From Selaginella moellendorffii (taxonomy: Eukaryota; Plantae; Lycopodiophyta), in the NCBI RefSeq assembly GCF_000143415.4, contig NW_003314329.1, positions 205,421 through 269,420 of the forward strand: a stretch of 64,000 bases of DNA. Direction: 5' to 3'. Of the stretch, positions 27,409 through 40,473 are shown piece after piece. Position numbers and translations under genes: made by a program. The notes beneath the pieces are model-generated. The model had not been told where the DNA came from and made no database searches. It saw nothing but the letters and a program-made list of their open reading frames with translations. Numbering within the stretch: position 1 is the first letter of the stretch; every line of letters starts with the position of its first letter.

Positions 27409-29543
27409 ATGCATATACGGAGGTTGGGTTCGAGTCCCGACCCTCTAGTGCTTGGGTTCGAGTCCCAAATCACTAGGGCGTGGTGATGGTTTGGAATATG
27501 AGGACACTCATATTTCGGTGGTCATGGACTCTCAGTGGGGAGACTGGTTTGGGCACACCGCCAAGCGAGGGATGCCTCGGAGTCGTGATGCACGGTTAGA
27601 TTGCTTAGTGTGAAAGCTCAGCATATCTAACTTGAACACTTTGGTGCAAGTGGCACCAAGGTCGTGGTGAGTGAGATGGGGACACCTAATCTCAGTTGCT
27701 ATGAACCCTTGGCCGTAAGGGCTAGCTTGGGTGCACCGCCAAGTGTGGGGGATGCCCCCGGGGTTATAGTCAACAACTTGGAGGTCTAGAAAACCAAGTA
27801 CCTCTTGGCAACTCTGTTAAAGTGCCAAAGTGAGATCACTAGGTGATCTTATGGCCAGATAAGGACAAGGTCCTTGGTTGGCTAAGGAATGAAGTTCTTG
27901 GTTCAAAATGTTGAAATTGAACTGTTTAAGGTGGTGTGGCTTGGTCGTGATAACCAAGTGGGAAGAGCACCTAAGGGAAATAAACTATGTCCGTGCGATG
28001 GCATAGTGAGTCCGAGGAAAGTAGTCTCTATAAAAGACCCATGGGAGGGTCACGAAGTTGGGCCGTGGATAGAGCCCATAGCAGAAGATGCTAAAGAGAC
28101 GTACTAGGGGTGAACGTCCTCCGGACTTGGCAAACAAGAGTCTTTGCTATGGAACCGAAACAATACCTCAAGGAGGGAGGTAGAGATTCGATGTTGCTTG
28201 GTGCAACAATCAACGGATAGGAGCAAAAGATGAGTGGCCAAGATAGGGCCGTGGAATCCCTTGGAAGGAATCCAAGTGACAAAGTTAGGCGAGGAACACT
28301 AATGTGTTGGACGCTAACAAGTTGCGGGAAAGGAAGTGTGTTTCCAAGGAGGGATTCCGAAATGCTCCGAGTTGGCGAAAGTGGAAGCTCCAAGGGAGGG
28401 AGCGGTAAGGTAGCCAAATGATAGGGCCATGAACAGCCCTAGCACAAAGTATGATAACTGGAACTTTGGCACGAAATAGAAGAGAGGATGATGGTGCCCT
28501 CGAGTAGAGAACTTCCTAGGATGGGAAGTGGAGTTGCACAAAAGGTGCAAGGCAAGGTGTCGGAGACACCTAGGAAATTGACTCCAAGAAGTCAAAATTC
28601 AAAGTTCCAAAGTGCAAAGGTTATATCGATGGAAATTGAGACTACTCAAGAAGCAGTAGTGGGATTGACTTAGAGAAGGGTCTCTAAGAGGTTTAGCGAG
28701 AACTAAACCAATAAAAGGATGAACCATTACATGTGGTCCAATCAGTCTCTAAGTTGGAGAGACTACGCTCCTTAAAGGATGGACAAGGCATGGTGAGCCT
28801 TTGATGTCAAACCATAGACAAAGATTGGCTAGGTGCCAAGGATGGAAATGGTAACACATGTGGGTGTTACTTTATGAAAGGGTTTACCGTTCGATGAGGA
28901 CATCGAACTTCGTCTATGGGTGGTGGAGTTGTGAGACACAAAATCCCTAGGCCCCAAAGTGGAGCCGGAAGGGCGCCACATGGTAGTGGCCGAAGCGAGA
29001 GCCAAACGAGCGTAACACGTTTGGACCAAAAGCTCCGACTTGAAAAAGTCAAAAGCGGGAGTGGAACTCCCAACGAAGTGCTCGAGGAACGAGCACGAAG
29101 CGAGCAAAAGGCGAGGCTCCAAAAAGGGACCCAAAAGGACCAACACATGACACGTGGGAGTCCGAGATGGACCCGAGTTGGAGTCCGAAATGGAGTCCGA
29201 GATGGACCCGAAATGGAGTCCGAGATGGAGTCCGAGATGGAGTCCGAGATGGAGTCCGAGATGGACCCGAGATGAACCCGAGATGGAGTCCGAGATGGAG
29301 TCGAGATGGACCGAGATGGAGTCCGAGATGGAGTCCGAGATGGAGTCCGAGATGGAGTCCGAGATGGAGTCCGAGATGGAGTCCGAGATGGAGTCCGAGA
29401 TGGACCCAAGATGGACCCGAGATGGACTCCGAGATGGAGTCTGAGATGGACCCGAGATGGAGTCCGAGATGGAGTCCGAGATGGACCCGAGATGGACCCG
29501 AGATGGAGTCCGAGATGGAGTCCGAAGTCGAGACCGAGACCGG

Positions 29544-29575
<32 letters not shown>

Positions 29576-30684
29576 TCGGGACCGAGACCGAGACCGAGGC
29601 CGAGGCCGAGACCGAGCCCGAGCCCGAGTCCGAGTCCGAATCCGAATCCGAGTCCGAGTCCGAGTCCGAGTCCGAGTCCGGAGCCTGAGAGGGTGAAAGC
29701 CCAAAGCGTTCGTCTCCCAGACCCTGGGGGGTTTGGTGAGCTCCAAAAGTATAGTAGGGGGAGGACTGCAGTGGAGCCAGTTTGGCCAGGAAAGGCCAGT
29801 TTGGCCCAGGAAGGCCAGACCCAGTGTTGGGTGATGAACTGACCACTGGGAAGTCCAAGACTAGAGTGAATACGGACCGACAAGCGGGGTAGCTTGGTGA
29901 TGTGTTCAAGAGCCGGCTCTAGTTCCCCCGGGAGATCGACTGGCCGATGCTCCCAGTCCAAGTGTGGGTGGCACTACCTACTTGGATACCAGGCGTGGCT
30001 CAACGGAACCTCGCTCTAAGCCCATGGCTAGAGCACCTAAAGGCGATAGGTGGGGAGAGTACCCAGGTGGCTCGCGTAAGGCCACGGTGTTCCGAAATGT
30101 CGTCCCAAAGGCCCAGACTGTGGAAAGGAAGAGGAGCAGTCCTCTGGGGTACTGACCAAGGACACAGTCGTGTGGTGAGGAAGTCCCAGAGGACCGTGGG
30201 ACTTAGTGGTCGGGCCTGTGGGCCTCGATCCAGTGGCAGTGTTGGCAAACACGGCCAGGGGCAGAAAGGGACTTGGTAGGAACTGACAAAGGGACTTTGG
30301 GGAAGGCGATTCCCCAGGTCAGTGGGCATCCTAAGGATGCTAAGGAGTGGATCTGAGATGACCACTCACAGATGGTTTGCCTAGTAGTGGAGGGCCAAGA
30401 CGGTGATGCAAGTGGTGTTGGACCACCAGTGTGACCAAGGTAAATGGGCATGGCCTTAGCGTAACGGGCCGGTACGTCGGTGATACCTTGGGGTGTCGAT
30501 CATGGGATCAGACACGTGGAGCACTTGGACCAAGTGCAAAGGTTGAGTGGCATGGATGCCATTCTCGGGGCTAGCAAGCCCCAAGTCCTGAATGGGACTT
30601 ATGGAGGTTGTGAATGAGACTCCTCCAAGTGGTCGGAGGTGTGGTTAAGTGACTAAAGTAGAATGGAAAAATTAGTCGCTTACA
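27409..30684 (+). mobile_element. Family A element, 3' part: internal 27409-28929, PPT, 3' LTR 28930-30684
   Basis: Reverse complement of 21275-24683. GGGTGGTGGAGT precedes TGTGAGAC and the LTR ends CTTACA. Confidence 0.9.
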
Positions 30685-32889
30685 CTCAGGTCCATCTCGG
30701 ACTCCATCTCGCACTCTATCTCAGTCCATCTCGGACTCCATCTCATACCCCATCTCGGGTCCATCTTGAACTCCATCTCGGACTCCATCTCAGCTCCATC
30801 TCGGACTCCATCTCGGCCCATCTCGGACTCTGTCTAGGGTCCATCTCGGACTCCATCTTGGACTCTATCTCGGTCCATCTCGGACTCCATCTTGGTCCAT
30901 CTCGAACTCTTTCTCGGACTCCATCTCGGGTCTATCTCGAGTCCGTCTCTGGTCCATCTCAGTCTCCACCATGTGTCATATGATGGTCCTTTTGTGTCCC
31001 TTTTCTAGATACTCTTTTATTGCTTGCTTCATGCTCATTCCTTGAGCACTCCATTGGGAGTTCCACTCCTGCTCTTGACTCTTCAAGTCAGATCTTTTAG
31101 TCCAAAAGTGTTACGCTCATTTGGCTTTCGCTTCGGCCACTACCATATGGCACCCTTTCGGCTCCACCTTGGGGCTTAAGGATTTGTGTCTCACAACTCC
31201 ACCACCCATAGACGAAGTTCCATATCCTTATTGAATAGTAAACATTTTTATAAAGCAACCCCATCATGGATTACCACTTTTCATCCTTGGCATCTAGCCA
31301 ACATCTGTCAATGGTTTGACACCAAAGGCTCACCATGCCTTGTCCATCCTCTAAGGAACATAATCTCTCCAATATAGAGACTCATTTGACCACTTGGAGT
31401 GGTTCTCTCCCTTTCATTGGTTTAGTTCTTGCTAAACCCGTTAGAGTCACCTTCTCTATCTCAATCCCATTACACATTCTCAAGTGGTCTCAACCTCTAT
31501 CGATATAACCATTCCTCTTTGGAACTTTTATTTTTGACTTCTCGAAATCAATTTCCTAAGTGTCTCTGACACTTTTTCATTGCATATATTATGTAACCTC
31601 CACTTCCCCATCTTAGGAAGTTCTCTACTAGAGGACACCATCATCCTCTTTTTTATTTTGTGCCACCTTGGGCACTATGTTCTAGTTATCTTAAGTTGTG
31701 CTAAGGCTGTCCATGGCCCTATCATTTGGCTAACTTGCCACTCCCTCCCTTGGAGCTTTCACCCTTGCCAAATTAGAGCATTTGGGTATCCATCCTTGGA
31801 AACACATTTCCTTTTCTGCAATTCGTTAGCATCTAACACATTAGGGTTCCTCACCTAACTTTGCCATTTAGATTCTTTTTAATGAATTCCATAGCCCACA
31901 CTTGGCCACTAGTCTTTTGCTCCTATTTGTCGATTGTTGCACCAAACAACATAGGATCATTACTTCCATTCTCGATGTATCCTTTTGGTTCTATGGCAAA
32001 GGCTCTATTTTGTCAAGTCCAAAGGGTGCTCACCCCTAGTAGATCTCTTTAGCATCAGGCTCCATTGACGGCCCACCTTTGCAACCCTCCTATGCATTTT
32101 TCCTAGAGGCTACTTTCTTGGACTCACTATACCATCGTATTGGCACAACTGATTTCCCTTTTAGTGTTCTTCCCACTTGGTCACCTTGACCAAGCCATAC
32201 CATTATCAATATTTCAAATCAACACTTTGAACTAAGAACCTTATTCTTTAACCTCACAAGGACCTTGTCCTTGTTTAGCCATAAGATCATATAGTGATCT
32301 CATCTTGCCACCTTAACAAGTTTGCCAATAGGTACTAAGTCTTCCAGACCTTTTAAGTTCTTAACTATAACCCCGGGGGCATCCCCCACACTTGGTGGTG
32401 TGCCCAAACCAACCCTTCCAACCAAAGATCCAAAGCCACCGAGATTGGGTGTCCCCATCTCAATCACCACATCCTTGGTGCCACTTGCACCAAAGTGTTC
32501 AAGTTAGATATGCCGAACTATCACTCTAAGCAATCTAACCGTGCATCACGATTTTGGGGCATCCCCCCACTTGGCGGTGTGCCCAAGCCAATTTCCTCAC
32601 TAAAAGTCCATGACCACCGAAATATAAGTGTCCTCATATTCCAGACCATCACCACGCCCTAGTGATTTGGGACTCAACCCAACCTCAAACCCAACCTCCG
32701 TATATGCATCTACGGATGGCATCACCCAGGATGCTTGGCATGACTCCCCAAGCCAGTGCACCAACTTATACTTAAAGTGTGCTATAGATCACAACTTAGG
32801 AATCTAGTTCCTCCGCACTGCCAAGTCCTCTCACTTGACATGTTTGTGATCATGCATGGACTTCTCCATAATTGGCCCATAGGCCACCC
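30685..32889 (-). mobile_element. Older family A fragment: partial LTR 30685-31195 plus internal region
   Basis: LTR end GTCTCACA at 31195, then the PPT complement. Diverged match to 23115-24865. Confidence 0.85.
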
Positions 32890-34223
32890 TATAAGCAACT
32901 AATTTTTTCCATTCTACTTTAGTCACTTAACTGCACCTCTGACCACTTGGAGGAGTCTCATTCACAACCTCCATAAGTCCCTCTAAGGACTTGGGCCTTG
33001 CTAGTCTCGAGAATGGCATCCATGCCACTCAACCTTTGCACTTGGTCCCAGTGCTCCACGTGTTTGGTCCCATGACCGACACCCCAAGGCACCACCAATA
33101 TACCAGTCCGTTATGCTAGGCCATGCCCAATCACCTTGGTCACATCGGTGGTCCAACACCACCTGCAATGCAATCCCATCTCTCCAAGACTGGGCCATCC
33201 GTCCATGAGTGGTTATCCCAGATCCACTCCTTAGCATCTTTAGGATGCTCACAGATATGGGGAATAGCCTTCCCCAATATCTCCTTTCTGGTCCCCACCA
33301 AGTCCCTCTCTGTCCCTTGGCCGTGTTCGCCAACACTGCCATTGGATCAGGGCCTACAGGCCCGACCACTAAGTCCCATGGTCCTCTGGGACTTCCTCAC
33401 CGCATGACTGTATCCTTGGTCACTATACCAGAGGACTACTCCTCTTCCTTTCCACAGTCTAGGCCTTTGGGACAACATTTCAGAACACCGTGGCCTTACG
33501 CAAGCCTGTCGCCTTCCACCTTTGGGTGCTCTAGCCATGGGCTTAGAGTGAGGTACTGTTGAGCCACGCCAGGTATTCAAGTAGATAGTGCCACCCACAC
33601 TTGGACTGGGAGCATCGGCCAGTTGATCTCCCGGGGAAACTAGAGCCAGCTCTTGAACACTTCACCAAGCTACCCCACTTGTCGGTTTGTGTTCACTCTA
33701 GTCTTGGACTTCCCAGTGGGTAGCTCATCACCCAACACTGGGTACAGCCTTCCTGGGCCAAACTGGCCTTTCCTGGCCAAATTGGCTCCATTGCAGTCCT
33801 CCCCCATTACTATACTTTTGGAGCTCACCAACCCCCTAGGGTCTGGGAGACAAACGCTTTGGGCTTTCACCCTTTCAAATTTGACCTCGGACTCAAACTC
33901 GAACTCAGACTCGGGCTCGGGCTCGGTCTCAGCCTTGGCCTCGGTCTTGGTTTGGGTCCCGATCTCGGTCTCGGTCTTGGTCTCAATCTCGGTCTTGATC
34001 TCGGTCTTGGTCTCGGTCCCGGTCTCGGTCTCAACCTTGGACTCCATCTCGGGTCCTTCTCAGACTCCATCTCAGATTCCATCTCGGGTCCATCTCGGAC
34101 TCCATCTTGGACTTCGTCTCAGTCCATCTTGGACTCCATCTCAGACTCCATCTCGGGTCCATCTCGGACTCTGTCTCGGTCCACCTCGGACTCCATCTCG
34201 GACTCCGTCTCGGTCCACCTCGG
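32890..34223 (-). mobile_element. Family A LTR, truncated
   Basis: Begins TATAAGCAACTAA (mutated TG end) and is broken inside the tandem array by the next LTR. Confidence 0.85.
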
Positions 34224-35434
34224 TGTAAGCAACTAAATTTTTTCCATTCTACTTTAGTCACTTAACCACACCTCCGACCACTTGGAGGAGTCTCATTCAC
34301 AACCTCCATAAGTCCCACTTAGGACTTGGGGCTTGCTAGCCCCGAGAATGGCATTCGTGCCACTCAACCTTTGCACTCAGTCCCAATGCTCCACGTGTCC
34401 GATCCCATGACCGACACCCTAAGGCACCACCAACATACCAGCCTGTTACGCTAGGCCATGCCCAATCGCCTTGGTTACATCAGTGGTCCAACAACACTTG
34501 CATTGCAATCCCATCTCTCCAAGACTGGGCTATCCGTCCATGAGTGGTCATCCCAGATCCACTCCTTAGCATCCTTAAGATGCCTGCAGACATGGGGAAT
34601 AGCCTTCCCCAATATCTCCTTTCTGGTCCCCACCAAGTCCCTTTCTGTCTTTGGCCGTGTTCGCAGCCACTGCCACTAGATCAGGGCCCACAGGCCTGAC
34701 CACTAAGTCCCACGGTCCTCTAGGACTTCCTCACCACACGACTGTATCCTTGGTCACTACACCAGAGGACTACTCCTCTTCCTTTCCACAGTCTGGGCCT
34801 TTGGGACAACATTTCGGAAGACTGTGGCCTTACGCAAGCCTTGTGGGTACTCTCCCCGCCTTCCGCCTTTGGGTGCTCTAGCCATGGGCTTAGAGCGAGG
34901 TTCTGTTAAGCCACACTAGGTATCCAAGTAGGTAGTGCCACCCACGGTCTCACTCGTCAGTCCGTATTCACTCTAGTCTTGGACTTCCCAGTGGTCAGAT
35001 CATCACCCAACACTGGGTCTGGCCTTCTTGGGCCAAATTCGCCTTTCCTGGCCAAACTGGCTCCACTGCAATCCTCCCCCTACTATACTTTTGGAGCTCA
35101 CCAAACCCCCCAAGGTCTGGGAGATGAACGCTTTGGGCTTTCACCCTCTTGGACTTGGACTCGGACTCAGACTCAGACTCGGACTCGGACTCGGGCTCGG
35201 ACTCGGGCTCGGGCTTGGTCTCGGCCTCAGCCTCGGTCTCGGTCTCGGTCCCGGTCTCAGTCCCGGTCTCGGTCTCAACCTCGGACTCCATCTCGGGTCC
35301 TTCTCGGACTCCATCTCAGATTCCATCTCGGACTCCATCTCAGACTCCATCTCGGGTCCATCTCGGACTCCATCTCGGGTCCATCTCGGACTCCATCTCG
35401 GTCCATCTCGGACTCCATCTCGGACTCCACCTTG
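34224..35434 (-). mobile_element. Family A LTR, truncated at the DNA transposon TIR
   Basis: Begins TGTAAGCAACTAA and ends inside the 12-bp array at the left TIR. Confidence 0.87.
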
Positions 35435-35455
35435 AAGCTCTATTTCGTTAAAGTG
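35435..35455 (+). repeat. Left terminal inverted repeat
   Basis: AAGCTCTATTTCGTTAAAGTG, the exact reverse complement of 47743-47763. Confidence 0.95.
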
Positions 35456-36050
35456 AGATTTATTCAGTAAAATGGGACTAGGTACAAATTTTCAAGTATT
35501 TGAAAATGACGTGAAATTATATGTTTTTTGTCCAGGGGCTAGACATATCTGGGGCATGGTGACTAGCGCGGTGACTTTGTGTCCAGACTGAGTCCATCTG
35601 GTTGTATAATAAATCTCATTGTCAAGGTGAACAAGCCGAATCTGAAGCTAAAGAAAAGCGATGGCATGCGCGCACACACTATTTGTTTGTTCATTGAGCG
35701 TGTGGTGAGCTTTCCAAGATGAACGTCATTCCTATTAGCCAGACATATAACTTAATGGTGAGAACATTTAGATATTATTCAATGTTATCTTTTTCTAACG
35801 AATCTAATTGTGAAGGTGTAGCAAGAGGCATTGCTAGTCTGGAGAAGTCATTTAACTCATTTGACCCTTAGTGTATTTTCATGAAACTAAATAACATTCA
35901 TATTATTAAGGAATTTCTCTAGTACCTTTTTTTTACGACATAGAGGCTTGCATTTCTTTCAAAGGTGATTTAGTAAAAGGCCTGAGGGCATATGCCATTC
36001 TATTTCTCAGACCGGTATTAAGATATACTAGTGCAAAGGGCCACATGCCA

Positions 36051-39000
36051 TCACGCCTCCTCTGATTCAGATTCAGATTGTTCACCTTGAAATAAAATAC
36101 ATTAGAAACTTAGTAAAGGAATATTAATGAATCTCACCTTGAACCCGGGTTATGAATGCTCTTGCTGCATCTCTTGCATGGTCTGGCAAGGTGATGGTGG
36201 CACTCTACTTCCGCATCCAACCATGCACAACATTATCCACCGATATGCTCATGCTGGGATCCCTTGGATTCAGCACCCATCTCTTTTCTAGGCAATCCTT
36301 CGTATATCCGGAACTTGGCTTGAACCACTCCACAGTTACATTGAAGGAGTTAGTTTCCGCGTCCTCCTCTGCATCAGTGATGTAGCGCCCCACCCATATC
36401 ATTTGTTTTTTATTACTGGGTCTGACAAGCACGACCATTCCTTTGCAGACCTGTACTGGATTGAATGCTGAATCCGGCTTCTTGTTCCTCGGCCCACAAT
36501 AGTGATCCTCAACATCGTTATCTGTCACTGCATTTCCAGAGGACATTGTTCCGCTACTATCTGGTGCTCTGGGTTCTGGCCAAAAGGACTCTTCCAATTC
36601 TTCATATACAACCGGCCCATTTTGGATAGCAGATATAATCTTCTCCCAGTATTCGAGCAAAGGCTTGCACCTCTTAAAATAGGATTCTCCACCAAACACC
36701 AACCCCCTCTTCCAGAAGGCAATATGCTGTCTAATCCCGGCCACTATACTTTCCTGGTCTTTGAGTCCATCCGGGTGCATCGGCCGTGGGGAACCCTGAG
36801 GAATCATAGGTTCCCCAGTTATGGGATCTCTCTTGAAGAGTTCAATGCCATCCACTGGCAGCCACACTGTGTCCCATTCTCTCATCTTGTACCTCATCAC
36901 TGGAGCACCGTCACGCATGCTGAAATGAAACTGAAGAGGCTTGGAGTGGCCAATCAGCGTTTTGGATCCGTCCCTGATGTAGCCTCTTACAAACCCCTTA
37001 AAGTCTGGAACCTCTGTCACAAGTGCAGCTTCAACAGTGCCTTTGATGCAATTTTGGAATTCATCGTAGAGTTGTGGGAGGGTGAGGACATTGGATCGCC
37101 GGAGGGACTCTGCCAGGTGACTGAACATGGCATCGACGTCTTCATGAGTGTGCCCAACCATGAGAAAGCCAAGTGTAACCGTTTCAAATATGCCTTTGGC
37201 AACAAGCATCGCTAAGTACGCGAAGACGTACATGTTTTTGTTCTCACTGCCAGCATTGTCTGTTTGGAGCAGAAGATGGGGTGGAAGGCCACATCGGCCG
37301 CAAGAACTTCCTTGAGATTCTGCTTCGTTTGGATGAGGCTGTGCATTCACCGGGCGACCAGCCTCGTCGGAATGGCATGAGGCCTCACGTGATAACCCTA
37401 CAATCTGACGGCCAACATATTCACTGGGATGGCATGGGGCCCCACGCGATACTGCAAGCCTTTGCTCCTCCTCCAGCTGAACCCTGTATGGGGTTCGATC
37501 GACAAGGGCCTTATGCAAGGGTTGGCCGTTCAGCTCAGTCTGCGCACTTTGCAGAGACCTTAAGTGTTTTGCTAGGGACGCAATCATCATGTTTGCACCC
37601 CCGCCACCCCATAGAGGTACAAAGAAGTTCCCATAGTTCTGGGCACCATGCCCATGAGCGATTATGCCAAACAGAGACACAGGCAGCTACATGGATGAAG
37701 AGATTGCCTTGGGGGCAGGATTGAGTCGAGGTAAGCACATCTTTTTCTGGTCCATTTTGTCGTGGATGATGCAGAGGTAAGAGTCAGGTCTCTCCATGGA
37801 GAGAATCCTCTTATGATAATATGCAGTCCTGCAGCTTCTCTACTCGATGTTGTGGTCGAGCCGCTTTCTAACCAACGTCTCTCGCTCTTGAGCGCTGCAA
37901 GAATTCTTCGACAAAGCCATTTTGATAGCAGTGCACTCGTCACACTTTGAAAAGCTGGAGTACTTTCCTATACTCACATCCCTGAACCTGTTGCTCCACA
38001 ATCTACTAAATCTAGATTGGCTCAGCTTCCTGTAGCCATTACTCTGGAGTTCCCGATTCACATCTTCCAATATGGCCCCCTTGGTATACATGGAAGGGAG
38101 AACTCGTTGGGTGTCTTGTGTTCCATCTTCCAAGAGGCGGGTTTTATGTGGTTGCTGCTCGCTACATGTCTCGACAAACCTCTTGAAGATTGCCTCTCCA
38201 TATACAACATGACCCCTGGTTTTGTGCGTACCGTCGTTCCCATGGACTGCCTGTTGAACCCTTTGTTCCTCGAACTCAGTTTTGATTCTGTAGAATGTGC
38301 TTCGAGGGACTCCATAAATGATTCTCCATGCCTTCATGCAGACCAAACCCCTCTGGAAGACCATGCCCCCCACCTGATGTTCTGAAGCATCAACAGATGA
38401 CCGTAATGCCTCATACACAAAATTGCGAGCTGCCTTCCAGAACAATGTCTTGTATCTTGCTCTCTCCTCTTCAATAGCATCCCAATCAGCATGTTGACAG
38501 CACCTCCTCTTGCAACAAGCAACTGTCGAGACCATTCGAACCTCCATCGCCATTTTCTGCCTTTTCAGTTCGTTGCTCAGATCCCTTTGGCTGCGCTGTA
38601 GGAAGGTGTACTTTCTTTTCCCATGAAGAGATGTTCTGTCATCAGTTGTAGTGGTGTTTGATTGTGAATCCTTCACATTCTCAAACACTAAATGCCTCAA
38701 TTTCCACCGCACAATGCTTCCAATAGTCAGACTGTTTTCTTCTGTGTCAACAACCTCTAAAATCACAACTCCAATATCATCCCAGCCCAATTCTTGATTA
38801 GCAACCGCATCTCTTGGATCGACAACTGTGGCTAAGCCCTCAGCTACCACCTCCCCCTCGGGGTTGTTTAGAAACACCTTTGCCTGAATCCATGTAGCAC
38901 GGTTTTTAAGATCCACGGAGGGAACATGCGTCGCACTTGCGCTGTCCCCAACATCTGCTTTCTTCTGCAGATTTTTCAAGGCAACAACAACATTTACCCC

Positions 39001-39192
39001 GACGACCATCTCTCCTCGTTCAATAGCGACCACATTCCCATCGAAGACAGTCTCTACTGATACAGCAGCATTGCCTTCCCCAAGCCTTTGACAGTGTATA
39101 ACAAAGTTCCGATCCATAGACACAAGGGTCTCTTTTGCAACTCTCTTCCCACCATTCAAAATGTAAACCTTTTCCCCAACCCTGAAGGCCAT
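36051..39192 (-). pseudogene. DDD-type transposase, about 1030 aa when read through, with three premature TAG codons
   Basis: One frame from ATG 39192 through TAGs at 37840, 37687 and 36205. A short terminal intron leads to GEQSESESEEA and TGA at 36051. Motifs: CCKRRCC, FSKCDEC, IIHDKMDQ, LLLQTDNAGSENKN, GFLMVGHTHEDVDAMFS. Putative 5' UTR intron at 39194-39494. Confidence 0.88.
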
Positions 39193-40448
39193 TCTGAAAG
39201 TGCAGAAAAGAAGTTAAGACCATACAAAAAATGATTGGAGAATGGCCTAAATCATAACATACCAAATAGCATGAGGCCACATGCCATTATTCAAACATGC
39301 TATTGACACCCACATGAAATTTCGCATTCACAAAATTGGCATGAGGCCTCATGCCATCTTGATATACACACAGCTGCAGGCAAGTAAAAACATACATGAC
39401 AATACGCTAGCCATGAAATTGCAAGGGCCCAAGATGGCATGTGGCCTCATGCCATTTCTAAATGTGGTCCTAAACCATTCCATGGTGAACATACCAGGAA
39501 GCACAAGTGCCGAATATCAAGAGGAAGCGGTAGCCACACCAAAGACAGTGTCGCTCGCAACACCGCAACTGCTCGTAGCGCCGCTCACACAAACTGCCAC
39601 TCGCATAAACTGCCGCTCGCAATGGCGCTCGCAATGCCGCAACCGCTTGTAAACGCATAAACCACAGCTCACAACGCCGCTTACACAAGCAGCGCTCACT
39701 GCGCTCAGCAGAACCAAGAACACGGCGCACAAAAATGATAGACCTAGGAATGAGTTCGAGAATTCAAAAATAACACACGCTTGAACATCACATCAAATCC
39801 TCTGACAAACCAGATCTTATGATTCCTCTGACAAATTTCAAACTGAGTAGCTTCTAGACTTTGCTGTCGGAGGTTGAACTTTGTCACATCATGTCCTTGC
39901 CTCGATCCAGCTGTGCCATGTCAGTGATTCGAACTTTGCCATGCCATGTCAGTGATCCGCACCAAGATTATTCGCCGTGTAAAGGAATAATTATGCTGTG
40001 TGTGTACGTCCATTTATGGCAATATAAGGCCATATGCCATTCAAAGAATAATGCTAGTCGAGCATTTTTTGGTGCATTTTTGGGTTCAAAATTGCATGAG
40101 CCCACACGCTATAAAGTTTACCTGTACCAAAAATAGAAACAGCTTTATTTACTTGGGAATTTAAGTGGTTGAGGCATTTTTAAACTTACAAACACATGCC
40201 CTACTTACATTCATTTGGTTGCTTAAAATTCAAAAATATTATAAACCTTTCTTTTTGCATTTTCAATGTTTTCAATTATGGTTTTTGATTTTCGCAGGAC
40301 CAACCTAGTAATCTATTTGCATCCTGTCATGTTTATAGCTAGCTTTTGTTTGTCCCCTTCGCTAGCCTGAGATACATCTGCTCGGCATCTGCCTCTTACA
40401 GCATTTGCCCAGAAAGGGCATCTTTCTTCACGCAGCATTTGCCACATG

Positions 40449-40473
40449 TTTAGGGTTAGGGTTTAGGGTTTAG
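40449..40473 (+). promoter_or_regulatory. Telobox-like (TTTAGGG)n tract between the divergent transposon genes
   Basis: TTTAGGGTTAGGGTTTAGGGTTTAG. Confidence 0.55.

Noticed and set aside
36502-37724. Plus-strand ORFs of 237 and 147 aa
   Set aside because: They are antisense shadows of the transposase, with no independent motifs.
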